Positions 9,660 to 19,622 of a stretch of DNA of 64,000 nucleotides are shown here, in pieces. The notes beneath the pieces were generated by a model. That model was not told the origin of the DNA. It made no database searches and saw nothing but the letters and a program-made list of their open reading frames with translations. The stretch spans positions 18,970 through 82,969 of the forward strand of contig DATDYB010000005.1 in assembly GCA_036517115.1 (NCBI GenBank). Direction: 5' to 3'. Source of the DNA: Minisyncoccota bacterium. GTDB taxonomy: Bacteria > Patescibacteriota > Minisyncoccia > Phycocordibacterales > PALSA-1337. Numbering within the stretch: the first letter of the stretch is position 1; each line of letters starts with the position of its first letter. The position numbers were made by a program, and so were the translations under genes.

Positions 9660-10855
9660 AAATCACCTTCATCACCCCTAAAATAAATTTCGTCTCGGCC
9701 GGCGGCTCGGTCTTCGATATTGATCTTAAAATGAAGGCGTTTATGAAAATGGGAGCGGATATCCGATGCGTGACGCCCTTTTCCGACGACAACGACATGC
9801 CACAGAAACCGCCCTACCCCGTGATCGAAGAGCTCATCGCTAGACGAGGGCTCGCGGGCATCGCATGGGGCGTATATAAAATTTTGAAAAAATACGAAAA
9901 GGGCACGGACTTTTTCCATATTGACGGTCATATTTATTTTTACGGCGCGGGACTCTACAAACGTCTCGGCGGGAAAGTTCCCATCATTGCCTTTTTCAAC
10001 CGCGAGCAGCCCATCTGGGGACACGACAACCCGAAATATTCATTTGGTATGTTCGACGAGCCGGCGGACGCGCGATGGTGGAGAAAACTGTGGCTAAAAC
10101 TTCGGTATCAGATTGAGTCAAAAATTGGCACCTGGCTCGCCAACGCGATTGAGATCGGCACCTTCCATACCCCGACTCTCCAGAAGCGCTACAATGATTT
10201 CGGATTGCATATACAGTATCAACTCATCAATCCTGACTTGGCGGGCATTGACACCAAAGGTGCTTCTCGCAGTGTCGCCTCTTTCACGCATACGCCACTT
10301 CGGCTTGCCGCGGCGGGACGGCTCATTCCCACTAAAGGATTTGATCTTCTCTTCAAAGCTTTCTCGCTTGTACCACGCCGACAACGATTCACGCTAACCC
10401 TTGCCGGCGAAGGGCCTGATGAACCGCGCCTCCGAAACCTCGCCAAGGAATGGGGTATTGAAAAAGAAGTGAGCTTCACCGGCTGGCTAACCCATGACAA
10501 ACTCTTCCCCTTCTTTGAATCATCCGACGTGTTTCTCATGCCGCGTTGGCGGCCGGAACTTTCTTCGGTCGTGCTTATGGAAGCGATGTCCCACGGACTG
10601 GTGGCAGTAGTGCCGAAAGGTGGCGGGCTCGAATGGGCCGGCGGCAAAGCCATCGTCGGTTTTGATTTCGACGATCCGGAGAGTCTGGCTCGGGCAATTG
10701 ATTCTCTCGGCAATCCGGAATTTTTGGCGGAGAAATCCGCGGCCATCGGCAAGCGCATCGAATTTCTGCATTATGAAAATTGGTTGCCCGTCACCTATCT
10801 CTTTATGAAAAAAGTGTTGGCTGAAAAAAACAAAACAAAAAGAGCAGGACGCTAA
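9656..10855 (+). CDS. Glycosyltransferase family 4
   Basis: AGRLIPTKGFD, GEGP and ELSSVVLMEAMSHG (Ex7E-like). Confidence 0.88.
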   Translation: MKITFITPKINFVSAGGSVFDIDLKMKAFMKMGADIRCVTPFSDDNDMPQKPPYPVIEELIARRGLAGIAWGVYKILKKYEKGTDFFHIDGHIYFYGAGLYKRLGGKVPIIAFFNREQPIWGHDNPKYSFGMFDEPADARWWRKLWLKLRYQIESKIGTWLANAIEIGTFHTPTLQKRYNDFGLHIQYQLINPDLAGIDTKGASRSVASFTHTPLRLAAAGRLIPTKGFDLLFKAFSLVPRRQRFTLTLAGEGPDEPRLRNLAKEWGIEKEVSFTGWLTHDKLFPFFESSDVFLMPRWRPELSSVVLMEAMSHGLVAVVPKGGGLEWAGGKAIVGFDFDDPESLARAIDSLGNPEFLAEKSAAIGKRIEFLHYENWLPVTYLFMKKVLAEKNKTKRAGR

Positions 10856-10898
10856 ACGCAAAATTGATTTCTAGTCGCCTGTCCTATATAGTAGTGGA

Positions 10899-12032
10899 AT
10901 GTCAAAAGTGGCTCTCATTAGCGGTTCAGCGGGTTTAATTGGCTCTGAGGCAGCCCGATTTTTCGCATCTAAAGGATTTCTCATTGTCGGTATCGACAAT
11001 GATATGCGCGCATATTTTTTTGGTAAGGAAGCGAGTACAGATTGGAATCGGGTGCGTGTTGAAAAAAAACTTGGTAAACAATACCTCCATTACAATGTGG
11101 ATATTCGAGACAACACTGCCCTCGAAAAAATTTTCAAAAAACATCAATTTAACATCATCATTCATACCGCTGCACAACCTTCCCACGATTGGGCAATGAA
11201 GGAACCTTTAACCGACTTCACGGTGAATGCTCTTGGTACTCTCCATATGCTCGAACATATGCGCAAATATTCACCCAAAGCCACCTTTATCTTTACCTCG
11301 ACCAATAAGGTGTACGGCGATCTGCCAAATGAGCTACCACTCATCGAAGGTGAGCAGCGTTTCGAGATCGACAAGAACCATTCATATCATAAGCATGGTA
11401 TCGACGAAACAATGAGTATCGATAACTCTATTCATAGTATTTTTGGGGCATCTAAGATAGCAGCGGACATCTTAGTGCAGGAGTATGGAAAATATTTTAA
11501 ATTAAATACTGGCGTGTTTCGAGGAGGCTGTCTCACCGGACCCTCACATAGCGGTACAACACTCCATGGATTCTTATCATATCTAGTAAAATGCATTGCA
11601 ATAGGTAAAAAATATACGATTTTTGGCTACAAGGGTAAACAAGTGCGTGATAACATCCACGCCTTTGACCTTATCAATATGTTCTGGCACTACCACCAGA
11701 AACCACGCAAGGGCGAAGTTTACAATGCTGGCGGCGGTAGACATTCAAACATTTCGATGAAGGAGGCGATTAAAAAAATTGAAAAAATATTAAGGAAAAA
11801 AGCTATTGTTGAATACCATGACAAGCCGCGCACAGGTGATCATATCTGGTATATTTCAGATGTCAGAAAATTTAAAGAGCATTATCCGAAATGGTATTAT
11901 AGCTATTCGATCGACGATATACTCGCTGAACTCTGTAAAGCGTATACGGTCAAGTCGCCAAAGCGGAAAACTTCCACTGGTTTAAGTGAGCGCAAGAGGC
12001 GTAGATCGAAGGGTCGTGTGGTGACAAAATAA
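10899..12032 (+). CDS. NAD-dependent epimerase, CDP-paratose 2-epimerase (RfbE/tyvelose epimerase)-like
   Basis: [30 protein letters not shown] and GKQVRDNIH. The C-terminal tail overlaps the convergent gene. Confidence 0.85.
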   Translation: MSKVALISGSAGLIGSEAARFFASKGFLIVGIDNDMRAYFFGKEASTDWNRVRVEKKLGKQYLHYNVDIRDNTALEKIFKKHQFNIIIHTAAQPSHDWAMKEPLTDFTVNALGTLHMLEHMRKYSPKATFIFTSTNKVYGDLPNELPLIEGEQRFEIDKNHSYHKHGIDETMSIDNSIHSIFGASKIAADILVQEYGKYFKLNTGVFRGGCLTGPSHSGTTLHGFLSYLVKCIAIGKKYTIFGYKGKQVRDNIHAFDLINMFWHYHQKPRKGEVYNAGGGRHSNISMKEAIKKIEKILRKKAIVEYHDKPRTGDHIWYISDVRKFKEHYPKWYYSYSIDDILAELCKAYTVKSPKRKTSTGLSERKRRRSKGRVVTK

Positions 12033-13663
12033 TCTATCCTGTATTTTTTGAGCTCCTCACCGAAATCGTTTTTTATGAACATTTTGTATCGCTGTAGGAG
12101 TTCTTCGATCCGCATCGTTGACTGCGGATCGCGCTCTCGTCTGAAGAGATGGTTCCAGTCGGTGAAAAAATACTCGCGTACATCCACTTCATGTGATTCG
12201 AGGTATTCCCGCGCTCCGAGAGCAGTCACTCCCTCAAGCTTCATTTTGACCAAAAAGTTATGATAAAGTCTTTCTTCAGGAGGTACGGCGCCGAGATAGC
12301 CTGAAAGATAAACGTTAGAGCGCGTAAATGCGGGTACGAGCCTCATGAACTCTTCCTTCGGCTCGTCCGCAAGAACCACAGAGTCTTTGGGGGCATGAAG
12401 TGAGAGGTAGTCGAGCACCGGCGTATAGTCCTGCATTGCTCTGAAATGACCCATGGAATAGCTGTAGCTTCGCACACTCGCTATTCCATAGAAAAGACAT
12501 GCTCCGATCACGAGTGCCGAAGAAAGGTACAGTAACCAGGGTTTTTTGTGAATCATTCTAAAGTACACGACCGAGAGTACAATGTATGAAATCGGAATAG
12601 TGTATTGGACGAAATGATAGGGCCATATTGTTCTTCCGGTAATCAATTGCTGACTGAACACAACAATAGAAGTAGCGGCGAGCGCCAAAGAAAAAACAAT
12701 CCATTTTTCTTCCAATATTTTTTGCACCGTGCTTTTCCGATACAGCGTGACCAGCCCGATGATGAAAAGTACGATCGTGAGTGTTGCCACTTTGTTAATA
12801 ATCGGCGCGTGCGTGAGGATGAGGCCGTTCATTACCGCGGCGCGTGCGTCCTCTCCCGCTTTCGCCATGCCGAGCACATAGACTCCATCGACCACAACTA
12901 TGGACAGGACGGTAATCAGGAAGTATCGGAGTGTTAGCCACTCCTTGCGAATAAGTACATACACGATAAGGAGACAGAGGACGGTGAGCGCGATGGCCCA
13001 GGCGAAAATATAGCCGATACATGCTCCGGCGAGCAATCCGGCACCGATCGCGATAGGTACGGATGGCTTTTTAAAAAGCTTCCAAAGCATCAGGAGGTAT
13101 CCGAACAGAAAAAGTGCTCCGGTGATCGGGTTTACCGGTCGCGTCCACAGACTAAGCTGTGTGTCGTGGAGCGAATCGGTTACTACGGCAAGCGTTCGAT
13201 GAACATCGACAAAGTCGTACCCCAAGACCACCAGGAGGGCCGCGGAAAGTGCGGCAAGTGTTGCGATGCCACGGGACATCCCCTCCATAAGCTTACATAC
13301 CAGAAAATAGACGAGCAAGAAGAGCAGGGCTGGAAACAGGAACTTCGCCAACACGATGGCGGAAGCGAATGAAATGCCGAGCATCTTAGCCATACTGACG
13401 TAGAGGAATTCACCGATGGGCGGCACCATTGCCGGGCGATCTTTGTATTCATAGAACACAGGGGAAGCCACGGATGCGTGACCGTCGGCAATTTCTTGCA
13501 TCCGCGCCAGATAATATTCTTCGTTATTGAGATAGAAAAACGGAATGCCGCGATACTCGTTGCCGAGTGCTTGCGGAGCGAGCACTGCCGGCAGCACGCA
13601 TAGAAAGCCCGCGATGAGCGCACCGCACAGGACGGGTAAACATTGTTTAAAATTCTCTGACAT
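11903..13663 (-). CDS. Polytopic membrane protein, GT-C-like (paralog of 19623-21386)
   Basis: Many TM segments. First loop [16 protein letters not shown] resembles the paralog's DTDYYYDRMQEVADGH. Soluble C-terminal domain. Confidence 0.6.
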   Translation of the reverse strand: MSENFKQCLPVLCGALIAGFLCVLPAVLAPQALGNEYRGIPFFYLNNEEYYLARMQEIADGHASVASPVFYEYKDRPAMVPPIGEFLYVSMAKMLGISFASAIVLAKFLFPALLFLLVYFLVCKLMEGMSRGIATLAALSAALLVVLGYDFVDVHRTLAVVTDSLHDTQLSLWTRPVNPITGALFLFGYLLMLWKLFKKPSVPIAIGAGLLAGACIGYIFAWAIALTVLCLLIVYVLIRKEWLTLRYFLITVLSIVVVDGVYVLGMAKAGEDARAAVMNGLILTHAPIINKVATLTIVLFIIGLVTLYRKSTVQKILEEKWIVFSLALAATSIVVFSQQLITGRTIWPYHFVQYTIPISYIVLSVVYFRMIHKKPWLLYLSSALVIGACLFYGIASVRSYSYSMGHFRAMQDYTPVLDYLSLHAPKDSVVLADEPKEEFMRLVPAFTRSNVYLSGYLGAVPPEERLYHNFLVKMKLEGVTALGAREYLESHEVDVREYFFTDWNHLFRRERDPQSTMRIEELLQRYKMFIKNDFGEELKKYRIDYFVTTRPFDLRLLRSLKPVEVFRFGDLTVYALQSSASISSIE

Positions 13664-14274
13664 TAACTTTTTTGAAGTCTGACATAGAGCATATCCTCGA
13701 GCTTTATAAAGCGGTCCGGACTTGGAATGACGTTTAATTCCATGATCGGATATTCTTTAAAAAATCTTTTATTCTCTTCGAGCGTCCGGATGAATCTGCC
13801 CTGATCGTTTCGGATAAAAAGCTTGGTGATGACATTGTCTTTTTCCGGCTGTGATAGAGGATCGAAAAAATGCAGCATTCCTCCTTTTTTCAATTTTGAA
13901 AAAAGCACCGCGAGAATGCTCCTCCACGCTTCGTCGGAGAGATGGTGGCCGGCGCAGGCAACAAGCACATGGTCAAAGTCAGTCTCCGGAAACGGCTGTT
14001 CTAAAATATCCGCGCACACAAAGCGGATGTTCGGGTACGTACTCCAGTTTCTCGCCGCGGCGGCGATCGCTTCGCAATCAACATCAATTCCCAAGTAGTC
14101 GAAGTCGGCGAAAGCCGCAGTGCTGTTGCCCATCGAACAGCCGAAATCGAGCAGCTTGCCTTTGGTGTGAAAAACAGACGGATACAGCCCAAGCTTCCAC
14201 GCGTTGGCTCCGACGAATGTCTGGAATATATTCCAGACGAAAGGAATGTTGAGGATTTTTTTAATGAGAGACAT
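13663..14274 (-). CDS. Class I SAM-dependent methyltransferase
   Basis: LLDFGCSMG, GIDVD and LKKGG motifs. Confidence 0.85.
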   Translation of the reverse strand: MSLIKKILNIPFVWNIFQTFVGANAWKLGLYPSVFHTKGKLLDFGCSMGNSTAAFADFDYLGIDVDCEAIAAAARNWSTYPNIRFVCADILEQPFPETDFDHVLVACAGHHLSDEAWRSILAVLFSKLKKGGMLHFFDPLSQPEKDNVITKLFIRNDQGRFIRTLEENKRFFKEYPIMELNVIPSPDRFIKLEDMLYVRLQKS

Positions 14275-14303
14275 GAGTTATATACCAGAATGATAACGCT
14301 CTG

Positions 14304-14407
14304 CCGCACCATGCAAAAAAGTTCGCGCTCCGGGCCGCTGGTGTAGGCAACGGCATCTGTAGACGAGCCGGCAGGCCACCGTCTACGAACTTTTTTGCAT
14401 GGTGCGG
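14304..14407. repeat. Palindromic element, family A (22-bp perfect IR)
   Basis: CCGCACCATGCAAAAAAGTTCG (14304-14325) and CGAACTTTTTTGCATGGTGCGG (14386-14407). Core shared with 23022-23088. Confidence 0.85.
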
Positions 14408-15405
14408 ATTCGCTGTACTGAATTATCTACTGAAGAGGTGCTTTTGTAAAACGCGAGGGTCTTTTTTAAACCAGACTCGAAAGAAATTTTTGGCGACCAG
14501 CCAAGCTCACGTTTGATTTTCGAACTGTCGAGCGAATAACGGAAATCATGCCCGGGTCGATCAGTGACGTATTCGATAGCCCCTTCATCCCTATCCGTCA
14601 AAGCGATGAGTTTCTTGGTCAAATCGATATTGCGTATTTCATTACTCCCACCAATATTATACACCTCGCCACTCTTCCCTCTCTGCCATACAGTGTCAAT
14701 GGCATCAATATTATCCTCGACATAAATCCAGTCGCGAACATTGTTTCCCTTTCCGTAGACCGGTACTTTTTCTCCCTTAAGAAGGCGCGTCATGAAGAGC
14801 GGGATGAGTTTGGTGGTATCCTGCCTCGGACCGTAGTTATTCGAGGACCTAGTGATAACCACATCCAGTCCGAAGGTTTTAAAATACGACCGCGCCAAAA
14901 GCTCTGCGCCGGCCTTCGAGGCACTGTAAGGATTGTTTGGAGCGAGTATACTCTCTTCGGTGAAGCTCTTTTCCCCTTCCTGAAGCGAGCCATATACTTC
15001 GTCGGTGGACACATGCAGGAATCGCGAGACACCGGTTTCTCGGGCAATGGACAGTAGATTGCCGGTACCTGCTACATTCGTTTCGATGAAGATCCCGGGA
15101 TTACTGATGCTCATGTCAACGTGGCTTTCCGCGGCGAAGTGAATCACTCCATTGGGCTTGTGTTTTTTAAAAAGTTTTAAAAGTGCGGCCTTGTCGCGGA
15201 TATCAGAGCGCTCGAAGGAAAAATTTCGGCTCTTTTGTATTTCCAAATTTTTCAAATTCCCCGCGTAGGTGAGCGAGTCCACGCACACGAAGTGAGTGTC
15301 CGTCCGCACAGGGACGTACTTATTAAGATAGTTGCTGCCGATAAAACCGGCTCCGCCGGTCACGAAAATAACAGATCCAGGTTTACTTTTTGCTTTTGAT
15401 GTCAT
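14383..15405 (-). CDS. rmlB: dTDP-glucose 4,6-dehydratase
   Basis: TGGAGFIG, DSLTYAGN, HFAAESHVD, STDEVYG, YSASKA, NNYGP and DRPGHDFRY. Confidence 0.95.
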   Translation of the reverse strand: MTSKAKSKPGSVIFVTGGAGFIGSNYLNKYVPVRTDTHFVCVDSLTYAGNLKNLEIQKSRNFSFERSDIRDKAALLKLFKKHKPNGVIHFAAESHVDMSISNPGIFIETNVAGTGNLLSIARETGVSRFLHVSTDEVYGSLQEGEKSFTEESILAPNNPYSASKAGAELLARSYFKTFGLDVVITRSSNNYGPRQDTTKLIPLFMTRLLKGEKVPVYGKGNNVRDWIYVEDNIDAIDTVWQRGKSGEVYNIGGSNEIRNIDLTKKLIALTDRDEGAIEYVTDRPGHDFRYSLDSSKIKRELGWSPKISFESGLKKTLAFYKSTSSVDNSVQRIRTMQKSS

Positions 15406-16132
15406 TGCTTTTTTCCCTCATATAGAGAGACGCGTCGAGGAGACTATCAAATGTGCCGATGTCGAACCACGTCTTTTTGAGTAATACTGATTTCATAGAC
15501 CCTTCTTTTATGTACTTGTTATTCAAATGAGTGATCTCATACTCACCCCGCTTGGAAGGTTTTTGACCCTCCAATTTCTTAAACACCGTATTGTCGTAAA
15601 GATAGAGCCCGATGACGGCGAGGTTTGATTTCGGCTTTGCCGGCTTTTCCTCAATTGACATGATGGCGCCGTTTTTATCAAGCTCCGCGATACCGAAGCG
15701 CTGTGGGTCGACCACTTCTTTCAGAAACACCACCGATCCGCCTTTGAAATTTTTCACCTGCGGCGCAATATCATCTTCGATAATGTTGTCTCCCAAATAG
15801 AACAGACAATCATCATTACCGACATACTCTTTAGCAATACAGAGGCCGTAGGCGAGGCCGTTGGCTTCATTCTGGATTCCATACACAATCTGAATCTGTC
15901 TGCCAGTACGCTTGGACTTAAATGCCGCTCCAGAGCCCAAGAGCTTTACGAAATTTTCTATGTGGTGGGGAGAGGTTACGATCATGATACGGTCTATACC
16001 GGCTTCCACTATTTTTTCAATGGCATAGTAAATGACCGGCTTATCATATAGCGATAAAAGATGTTTATTAGTGGCGAGAGTCAGTGGCGCGAGCCTGGTG
16101 CCGTTGCCGCCGGCAAGGATGACTGCTTTCAT
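15383..16132 (-). CDS. rmlA: Glucose-1-phosphate thymidylyltransferase (short form)
   Basis: ILAGGNGTRLAPLT, LGDN, EEKP, RGEYEIT and WFDIGTFDSL. Confidence 0.92.
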   Translation of the reverse strand: MKAVILAGGNGTRLAPLTLATNKHLLSLYDKPVIYYAIEKIVEAGIDRIMIVTSPHHIENFVKLLGSGAAFKSKRTGRQIQIVYGIQNEANGLAYGLCIAKEYVGNDDCLFYLGDNIIEDDIAPQVKNFKGGSVVFLKEVVDPQRFGIAELDKNGAIMSIEEKPAKPKSNLAVIGLYLYDNTVFKKLEGQKPSKRGEYEITHLNNKYIKEGSMKSVLLKKTWFDIGTFDSLLDASLYMREKSNDIKSKK

Positions 16133-17097
16133 GGTTGTTTTTTCTTATGGTCGTTAATGATGTCTCTGATTATAAACCGCGGCCGGCCTTTTGTCTCCTC
16201 GAAAATACGGCCCACATATTCCCCCACAATGGAAAGTGTCAGGAGCTGGACCGCCGAAAAGAAAAGAATGAGGACGATGATGGTGGAGATGCCGCGCGGC
16301 GCGTCAGTCAAAAAGAATGAAACGACGTAATACAGCACGCCGATACATGCAAAAGCGGTAGTGCCAAGCGCCAAGTACGTTACCATCTCAAGCGGTTTGT
16401 AGGAAAAAGAGTAAATAGCCTTCCTTGCCCAACGAAAGCCTCCAAGGAATCCTTTCACCGAGACCCCCTTTCGGCCGTCGTAGCGCTCCGGACGCTCATA
16501 AGGAATGCCTACTGACCGATATCCCACCCACGCCCGCAAACCGCGGATGAAACGATCCCGTTCAGGCATGGCGTTTAGGTGATCGATCACCACCCGATCC
16601 ATGAGCGAAAAATCTCCCGCATCAAGCTGTACTGGTATATACGCCAGACGACTGAAGATAATATAGAAAAGATGATAGAAAAGCCACGCCTTAACTTTCC
16701 CCATGCTCGGCTCCCTTTTTTTTCTCGTGCCGTACACCACACTGAATCCCTTATTCCATTGCTTGACGAACTCAACGATGAGTTCCGGCGGATCCTGCAA
16801 ATCGCCGTCCATGATGACAACCGCGTCGCCGGAAGCCTGCGCCATACCACTCGTAAACGCCGCCTGCGCGCCGAAATTGCGCGAATGATTCACCACCGTC
16901 AGGGCGCTATCCTTGGCAGCCAGATCTCGAAGAATCATTTCCGAATTGTCGGGACTGGCATCATTAACATAGATGATTTCATACGAGGAGGTGATATCTT
17001 TAAGCACGCTCGAGAGCCTCTCATAGAGAGCGAGAATATTGTACTCGTCATGATAACACACCACCACCACTGAAATTTTTTTATGCGTCAGTTTCAT
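16129..17097 (-). CDS. GT2 polyprenol-phosphate glycosyltransferase (GtrB/ArnC-like)
   Basis: VNDASPD, SRNFG, MDGDLQDPP, DFSLMDR and two C-terminal TM helices. Confidence 0.9.
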   Translation of the reverse strand: MKLTHKKISVVVVCYHDEYNILALYERLSSVLKDITSSYEIIYVNDASPDNSEMILRDLAAKDSALTVVNHSRNFGAQAAFTSGMAQASGDAVVIMDGDLQDPPELIVEFVKQWNKGFSVVYGTRKKREPSMGKVKAWLFYHLFYIIFSRLAYIPVQLDAGDFSLMDRVVIDHLNAMPERDRFIRGLRAWVGYRSVGIPYERPERYDGRKGVSVKGFLGGFRWARKAIYSFSYKPLEMVTYLALGTTAFACIGVLYYVVSFFLTDAPRGISTIIVLILFFSAVQLLTLSIVGEYVGRIFEETKGRPRFIIRDIINDHKKKQP

Positions 17098-17831
17098 TTA
17101 AATAGGATATTTCGCAGTCGCGCGTACATTCGATCCGATAGGACGCGGCTCATGCGGGCAATCATCGTGGAGAAGAAAGGAATGTAATAGGTACTGCGAC
17201 GAGAAACGAGGATCTTTGAAATTTTTTCGGCTGCTTGCTCCGGCGTAATGACCGGAAACCCCGCCTTGCCTTCCCACATTGGGCTCGAAACAGGCCCCAG
17301 ATACACTGTGGAAAATAGCACGCCGGTGCCTCTCATGGCAAGGCCGAAGCCTCTGCTCACAAGTGATACGGCTGCCTTTGTGGCAGGATAGGCAATACCA
17401 CGCGAGCCTGGCCGGAATGCGGCAATGGAAGAAAGGATGACGAAGTGTCCGTTTTTCTTGGCAAGAAAATCGTCAAGAAACATCTCGATGCAGTGCATGA
17501 CGCCAAAAACATTCACCTCAAAGACACGTTTCCCTGCCGCAAAATCATGCCGGCCATCCTTTAGGTCATCATTGAAGATTGCCGCGGCGATAATGACCGC
17601 GTCAGCAAGAAATCCCTTCGACCGCATTGTTTCTGTGGCGCTCGCCATGTCTTCTACTTCAGAAATATCTCCGGCGCTCCATTGAAACGAGCCTGCGGGA
17701 AGGCTTCTCTCGAGCGACTGCAGCGCTTCCTTTCTTCTTGCGATTCCCCATACCCTATGACCCTCCCCCGCCAGTCGGCGTGAAAGTGCTAATCCTATCC
17801 CCGATGAGGCGCCGATAATGCAAATGTTCAT
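17094..17831 (-). CDS. Short-chain dehydrogenase/reductase
   Basis: IGASSGIG and YPATK (YxxxK). Confidence 0.88.
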   Translation of the reverse strand: MNICIIGASSGIGLALSRRLAGEGHRVWGIARRKEALQSLERSLPAGSFQWSAGDISEVEDMASATETMRSKGFLADAVIIAAAIFNDDLKDGRHDFAAGKRVFEVNVFGVMHCIEMFLDDFLAKKNGHFVILSSIAAFRPGSRGIAYPATKAAVSLVSRGFGLAMRGTGVLFSTVYLGPVSSPMWEGKAGFPVITPEQAAEKISKILVSRRSTYYIPFFSTMIARMSRVLSDRMYARLRNILFK

Positions 17832-18763
17832 GGTTTTTGAGATTTTAGTAGGGTCTTGATTTTTTCCACCATCGCTTCGGGATGGAGACCTGCTTCTCGT
17901 AAAAGATAGTTTCGATCACCGACGCTTTTGATGAAACGATCGGGAAAACCGAAAGCATGGAATGATTTCTTAGGGTTTGATGAGGCGACCAAGAGCGACG
18001 CTACGGCGCTTCCAAGTCCTCCGATGACGCTATGTTCTTCGATGGTGCAAATAACTCTTGCAGTTTTTGCCCGATCCAGAACCATTTCTTCATCGAAAGG
18101 CTTCACCGAGGGCATACTCACCACCGCGACGTTTCCTATCTTTTCCTCTTCGAGGCGATGTGCGGTTTCCAAAGCGCAATCAAGGACATTGCCGGTGGAA
18201 ATAAGGAGAATGTCCGTACCCTCTTTAATCACGAATCCCCTGCCTACCTTGAAAGAAAATTCCTTTTTCGAATAGTCGAGCGGAGGATTTTTCCCAAGCC
18301 GGAGATACGCTGGCCCCTTTTGCTTCATCATCGCTTTCGTCGCTTCCAGCGCCTCCCACGAATAGGCTGGGGTGATGACGGTCATGTTTGGCAGCGCGCG
18401 CATAATGGCGACGTCTTCCACTGTGTGGTGAGTCACCCCGTGATGGGCATAGTTGAAACCCCCGCCGGTACCGACGATTTTGACGTCGAGATTATGATAG
18501 CAAACATCGGTGCGGATCTGCTCGAAGGGACGCATCGAGGCGAATGAAGCAATTGAGTAGGCGATCACCTTTTTACCCTCCAGGGCAAGCCCTGCCGCCA
18601 CGCCAACCATGGTGGCTTCGGCGATGCCGATATTTAAAAAACGGTCAGGAAAATTTTCTCTGATCGGTTCGAGCGCGTTGAAGCCAAGATCGGCGGTAAG
18701 GAAGATAATCGAACGATCGCGTTCCATTTCCACGAGCATTTGTTGTACGAAATCTTTTCTCAT
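17828..18763 (-). CDS. Transketolase, C-terminal (pyrimidine-binding) subunit
   Basis: TADLG, NIGIAEATMVG, THH, PAYLRL and EEHSVIGGLGS. Confidence 0.92.
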   Translation of the reverse strand: MRKDFVQQMLVEMERDRSIIFLTADLGFNALEPIRENFPDRFLNIGIAEATMVGVAAGLALEGKKVIAYSIASFASMRPFEQIRTDVCYHNLDVKIVGTGGGFNYAHHGVTHHTVEDVAIMRALPNMTVITPAYSWEALEATKAMMKQKGPAYLRLGKNPPLDYSKKEFSFKVGRGFVIKEGTDILLISTGNVLDCALETAHRLEEEKIGNVAVVSMPSVKPFDEEMVLDRAKTARVICTIEEHSVIGGLGSAVASLLVASSNPKKSFHAFGFPDRFIKSVGDRNYLLREAGLHPEAMVEKIKTLLKSQKP

Positions 18764-19590
18764 GCGTTTTTTCGAATCTGCCGTGCGGATGCTTCGTCGG
18801 CCACGAAGTAATGAGCGGCGAGGGTATTTTCGATCAGGGGCACTCCTTTACCGGCAACAGTCCGCGCGATGAGCACTGTCGGCCGTGTCACTCCCGCAGC
18901 CTTACGGAATTTTTTTTCGAGATCCACGCAGTCATGTCCGTCGGCGTGCATCACCTCCCAGCCGAATGACTGCCATTGCGCGCCGAGGTCAAAGCGATTA
19001 GTTTCCCCTGTGGCGCCAAATCCTTGAAATTTATTGTCATCCACAATGGCGATAATATTCGAAAGTCCTCTGGAGCCGATGAAGAGCGCGGCTTCCCAAA
19101 TCGAGCCCTCGTTGCACTCTCCGTCTCCGATAAGCACATACACCTTTGAAGATGTCCCCGAAAGAGCGAGCGCCATGCCTGCCCCTATAGCAAGGCCATG
19201 ACCCAAGGAACCGGTAGAAACTTCGATTCCGGGAATTGTTCCGAAGGAAGGATGGCCGTGAAAGAGGCCGTCGTTTACGCGATAGCGCAAAAGATTCTTA
19301 ACAGGGAAAAAGCCACAAAGCGCCAGGGTGGCGTAGAGAGCGGCTGCACCGTGCCCTTTGGATAAAATGAACCGATCACGTCGCGGAAGTGCGGGTTTTT
19401 TCGGATCGATGGAAAGTATTCTTCCGTACAATACCGCCAGAATATCGCTTATGGAAAGAGCCGAGCCCGTCTCGCCCGACTTGCTTCTCCATGACATTTC
19501 AACCACCAGAGAACGTATTTCCTCTCCCATAGCCTCGGGGGCAAGGGCAAGGGCCGCCGAAGATTTTTTTTTGGTTTTCACTACGCGCAT
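18760..19590 (-). CDS. Transketolase, N-terminal (ThDP-binding) subunit
   Basis: DRFILSKGH, TGSLGHGL, GDGECNEGSIWEA..N and TVAGKG. Likely ATG at 19590. Confidence 0.92.
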   Translation of the reverse strand: MRVVKTKKKSSAALALAPEAMGEEIRSLVVEMSWRSKSGETGSALSISDILAVLYGRILSIDPKKPALPRRDRFILSKGHGAAALYATLALCGFFPVKNLLRYRVNDGLFHGHPSFGTIPGIEVSTGSLGHGLAIGAGMALALSGTSSKVYVLIGDGECNEGSIWEAALFIGSRGLSNIIAIVDDNKFQGFGATGETNRFDLGAQWQSFGWEVMHADGHDCVDLEKKFRKAAGVTRPTVLIARTVAGKGVPLIENTLAAHYFVADEASARQIRKNA

Positions 19591-19622
19591 TGAAGCTATG
19601 CTATACGAGAGCGACAGTCCAG

